This document shows, piece by piece, positions 60,673 to 64,000 of a stretch of 64,000 nt of DNA (the first letter of the stretch is position 1; the number at the start of each line of letters is the position of its first letter). The position numbers were made by a program, and so were the translations under genes. The DNA is from Octopus sinensis (lineage: Eukaryota): positions 47,120,001-47,184,000 of the forward strand of contig NC_043015.1 of NCBI RefSeq assembly GCF_006345805.1. Direction: 5' to 3'. The notes under the pieces are model-generated. The model searched no databases, was not told where the DNA came from, and saw only the letters and a list, made by a program, of their open reading frames with translations.

Positions 60673-61244
60673 TATATTTTGTAGCCTCTGCTTCTCAGTG
60701 CTGGCTGCTGTAAGTGCCACGTCCACCCATGCACTCATGGTTCTCTCTCGTTTCTACCCCCTCTCAACACCCCACATTGTCTCCTTTCCACAGGCTCTGC
60801 ACTAACCACATATACCCAGAGCTTTCTTCCGAAAATGTTGGCTCCCTGGAATTCCTTCTGTGTAGCCATCGACTCGAAACTGTTTCAGTTGAACATTTAT
60901 TGCATCGGGTTGTGTAAAAATTGTGTAGGTGGCGAGCTGGCAGAAACGCTAGCACGCCGGGCGAAATGCTTAGTGGTATTTCGTCCAACCGTTTGTCTGT
61001 CCTTGTTTGTCCTCTCTGCGTTTAGCCTCTTGTGGGTAGTACAGAAATAGGTATTTTGTCTGTTGTTACGTTGTGAGTTCAAATTCCGCCGAGGTTGACT
61101 TTGCCTTTCATTCTTTCGGGGTCGATAAATTAAGTACCAGTAATGCACTGGGGTTGATGTAATCGACTTATTCCATTTGTCTGTCCTTGTTTGTCCTCTC
61201 TGTGTTTAGCCCCTTGTGGGTAGTAAAGAAATAAGTATTTGTTC

Positions 61245-62489
61245 TGCGGGCATTAAGGCACGTACTGCAGTACATCTTGAGAAAGCATTTTATATACATG
61301 TATAGTATTTTAGATTGTCTAATGGAATTAAAAATTATTTTTATGCATTTGTGTACATTTACACTAATTAAATATTATTTTACTGAATAATATAATTAAA
61401 ATTTCTTTGATTAAAACCCTTTTTAACATGGAAGTATCCAAAGAGCATTTGAGGCACATAATGCTTTATGAGTACAAAAAAGGAAACTCTACAGCTGAAG
61501 TGACTTGGGAAAGAATGCTTGAATGAAAGAACTTGCAGAAAATGGTTTGCAAAATTCAGAAGTGGAGATTTCAGCCTTGAAGATGAAGATCGAATAGGAT
61601 GTCCAGTTGAGTTTGATGATAAGCTCCTTGAGGCATTACTTGGAGAAAATCTTGCATTATCAGTTGAAGAATTGGCAATAAAGCTTAGTTCAAACCATAC
61701 AACTGTTTGTCATCATCTTCAGCAACTTGGAAAGGTTCCTAAACTTGAAAAATGGGTGCCGCAAATTCCGAGTTGACATCTGCTATTCTCTCCATTCTCG
61801 CGAACTTGTTTCACCTTTTTAGGATAGACTTGTGACTGATGATGAAAAATAGATCTTCTATCGAAATGTTAAATGTCGTAAACAGTGGCTTGGTAAAAGG
61901 GAAAAAGCTCAACCACAACCAAGAAGGGAACTTCATGGGAAAAAGGTTCTTCTCTCTATCTGGTGGGATTGCAAAGGAGTAATTCACTTTGAATTGTTAC
62001 CACCTAATGCAGCAATCAATGCTCAAGTCGACAGTCAGCAATTAGAGCGTTTGAACCAAGCTTTGAAGAAAAAAAACCCACTTTAGTGAAACGAAAACGA
62101 GTGATATTTCATCAGGACAATGTGCAACCCCACACTGCAAAGATCACATCACAGAAGATCGAAGACGCTGGTTGGGAAAAAATTCCTCATCCACCTTATT
62201 CTCCCAACCTTGCTCCTTCAGACTACCATTTGTTTCATAGTTTACAGAATTATTTCGGGAACATAACTTTTATAAGCCAGAAGGAAGTCGAAACTGTTAA
62301 TTCAGAGTTCTTCGCTTTGAGACCAAAAGAGTTTTACATTGATGGGATTAAAAAGCTTGTAAATAGATGGAAGGAAGTCATAGATAATCAGGGAAAGTAC
62401 ATTGATGATTAAAATTTCAATTAAATATAACATTTGATCACTTGTTTTCTTTATTCAAAATTTTGAACAGAACTTATAGGATGACTTGA
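61245..62489 (+). pseudogene. mariner (DD34D) element, near full length, transposase 61428-62412 disrupted
   Basis: MEVSKEHLRHIMLYEYKKG, KWFAKFRSGDFSLED, KWVP, TDDEK, HQDNVQPH...YSPNLAPSDY (34 residues between the second and third D). Right TIR AGAACTTATAGGATGACTTGA-TA. Confidence 0.93.
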
Positions 62490-62609
62490 TATAAAGCAGA
62501 ATGTGTAATCAAGCAGTGACTGCTACCATAACTAAAATTGTAATTTCAACTAATTAAAATTACATGCTTTCTCTATAAGGCATGCTGATGTCCACAGCTA
62601 ATATACATT

Positions 62610-63172
62610 ATTATTATTATGGCTGCCCCCTCGTTATCGAGTATGGCCATTGCACGAAGCTTAATTGTTACTGGTGCTGTGACCGAATGTGACTTTTTAG
62701 CCCAGCTAAAGATCTACAATGTCTTGTACAAAATTGGCAACTAAAACCTTTACCGGTAATAGCCGGCTGTAGTTGTAACTGGGCTTCATGTACCTTTGCA
62801 TGTCGTTTAAGTCCTCCTGCCGAATTACATTCTCTTCCACATGCCTAACAGATATGATTAGTATGGTGTGTTACACCACCACCAGTGGCCAGGTTGTCAC
62901 TCATCTGTCTTGTTTTATGACTCTGAAGATTACTCTAGAGTCCAGCTTTACTGAGGCAGGGTCTTGCACAGACATTGCATGTCAGCATCAAAGGAAGACC
63001 CTTCCCATCTGGAAGTGTAACAGCGATGCCCTTCCTGACATCCCTCCTTACTTTCTCATGTGCAACTTGAGATTTCTCAAAAGTGGCTGTCCCCTTGTGC
63101 ACAATCCTTCTTCACCTGCTACGATCAACAGCTATGCCTTCCCATGTGTCAGGAGAGATGCAAGCATCTTAA
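62610..63172 (-). pseudogene. RTE (BovB-like) 3' fragment with three C2H2 zinc fingers
   Basis: One frame with internal stops: DTWEGIAVDRSR*R...CNVCARPCLSKAGL*SNLQSH...C*ACGRECNSAGGLKRHAKVH...FSCQFCTRHCRSLAGLKSHIRSQH*, then a (TAA)n tail. Confidence 0.85.
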
Positions 63173-63173
63173 T

Positions 63174-63174
<1 letters not shown>

Positions 63175-63234
<60 letters not shown>

Positions 63235-63498
63235 TACATACATACATACATACACACATACATACATACATGCATACACACATACATACATACATGCATA
63301 CACACATACATGCATACACACATACATACACACTACATACATACATACATACATACACACATACATACATACATACACACATACATACATACATACATAC
63401 ACACATACATACATGCATACACACATACATACATACACACACACATACATACACACACACATACATACATACATACATACACACATACATACACACAT
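63175..63498. repeat. (CA)n/(CATA)n microsatellite
   Basis: Directly visible. Confidence 0.95.
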
Positions 63499-64000
63499 GT
63501 GGCTGCTACCATTACTAAAATTGTAATTTTAACTAATTAAAATTACATGCTTTCTCCATAAGGCATACTGATGCCCACAGCTAATATACATTATTATTAT
63601 CATGGCTGCACCCTCGTTTTCGAGTATGGCCATTGCACGAAGCTTACACACATGTGTGTGTATGATATATTATAACATGATTGAAATCTAGACGGTTTAC
63701 TTTACCTCCTTTTATCTTATCTCTTTGCTTTGCTTACTGTGTCTTAGTTCAGTCATCCTCTTCCTTTCTATGATTCCTTTCTCTTCATAGTTCTTGTCAA
63801 TCTCTTGCCCTTTCTCTTCCTCACATATTTTTCTTACTCTTTCATTTACACTCTTTCTTTTGTTCTATCTTCACTCCCTTTCCTTCTGTTTCTTTCTCTA
63901 TCATTTTTCTCCTTTATCTCTGCCATGTTTTCTCTTTCTCTCTTTTATCTTGTTCTTTTATAGTTCATATCTAGACATCACCCCAGTTTTTAATGTGTAC

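Noticed and set aside
60793-60915. Strong acceptor CTCCTTTCCACAG as possible exon 2 of the 54515 gene
   Set aside because: Phase 0 hits a stop after three codons, and the open frame (TQSFLPKMLAPWNSF) looks like a CR1-type 3' remnant.

Overview
Repeat-saturated eukaryotic genomic DNA, most likely intron or intergenic sequence of an octopus (coleoid cephalopod). The species call rests on my recognition of the SINE and microsatellite landscape, not on a search. Almost all ORFs in the supplied track are artefacts of microsatellites or SINEs. Recognisable coding remnants are all dead transposons: mariner DD34D, maT DD37D, rosa DD41D, Helitron Rep, CR1/L2, several RTE, R4/Dong-like and NeSL/HERO-like non-LTR elements, a Tx1/L1-like ORF1, Penelope-like elements and a probable Merlin 5' end. 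Only one host-gene candidate is supported: a 117-nt exon at 54515-54631 (+) encoding a signal-peptide-like N-terminus, with a consensus donor and an upstream TATA/Inr-like site. Its downstream exons were not found. The strongest hidden signal is at least eight minimal type I hammerhead-ribozyme motifs. Most lie in short repeats I interpret as Penelope-derived. They include intact canonical cores, a recurrent CUGU-N-GA core variant, and one motif fused behind a tRNA-derived Pol III head, which may be a ribozyme-carrying SINE. Other notable structures are a SINE-derived tandem array with ABC-ABC higher-order structure, a (TAA)n-targeted non-coding retroposon, head-to-tail Helitron tandems with swapped interiors, Merlin-type MITEs carrying TTAGGG-like motifs, an RTE C-terminus with three C2H2 fingers, and several long palindromes. 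All translations and alignments were done by eye. Boundaries of degraded repeats are approximate.
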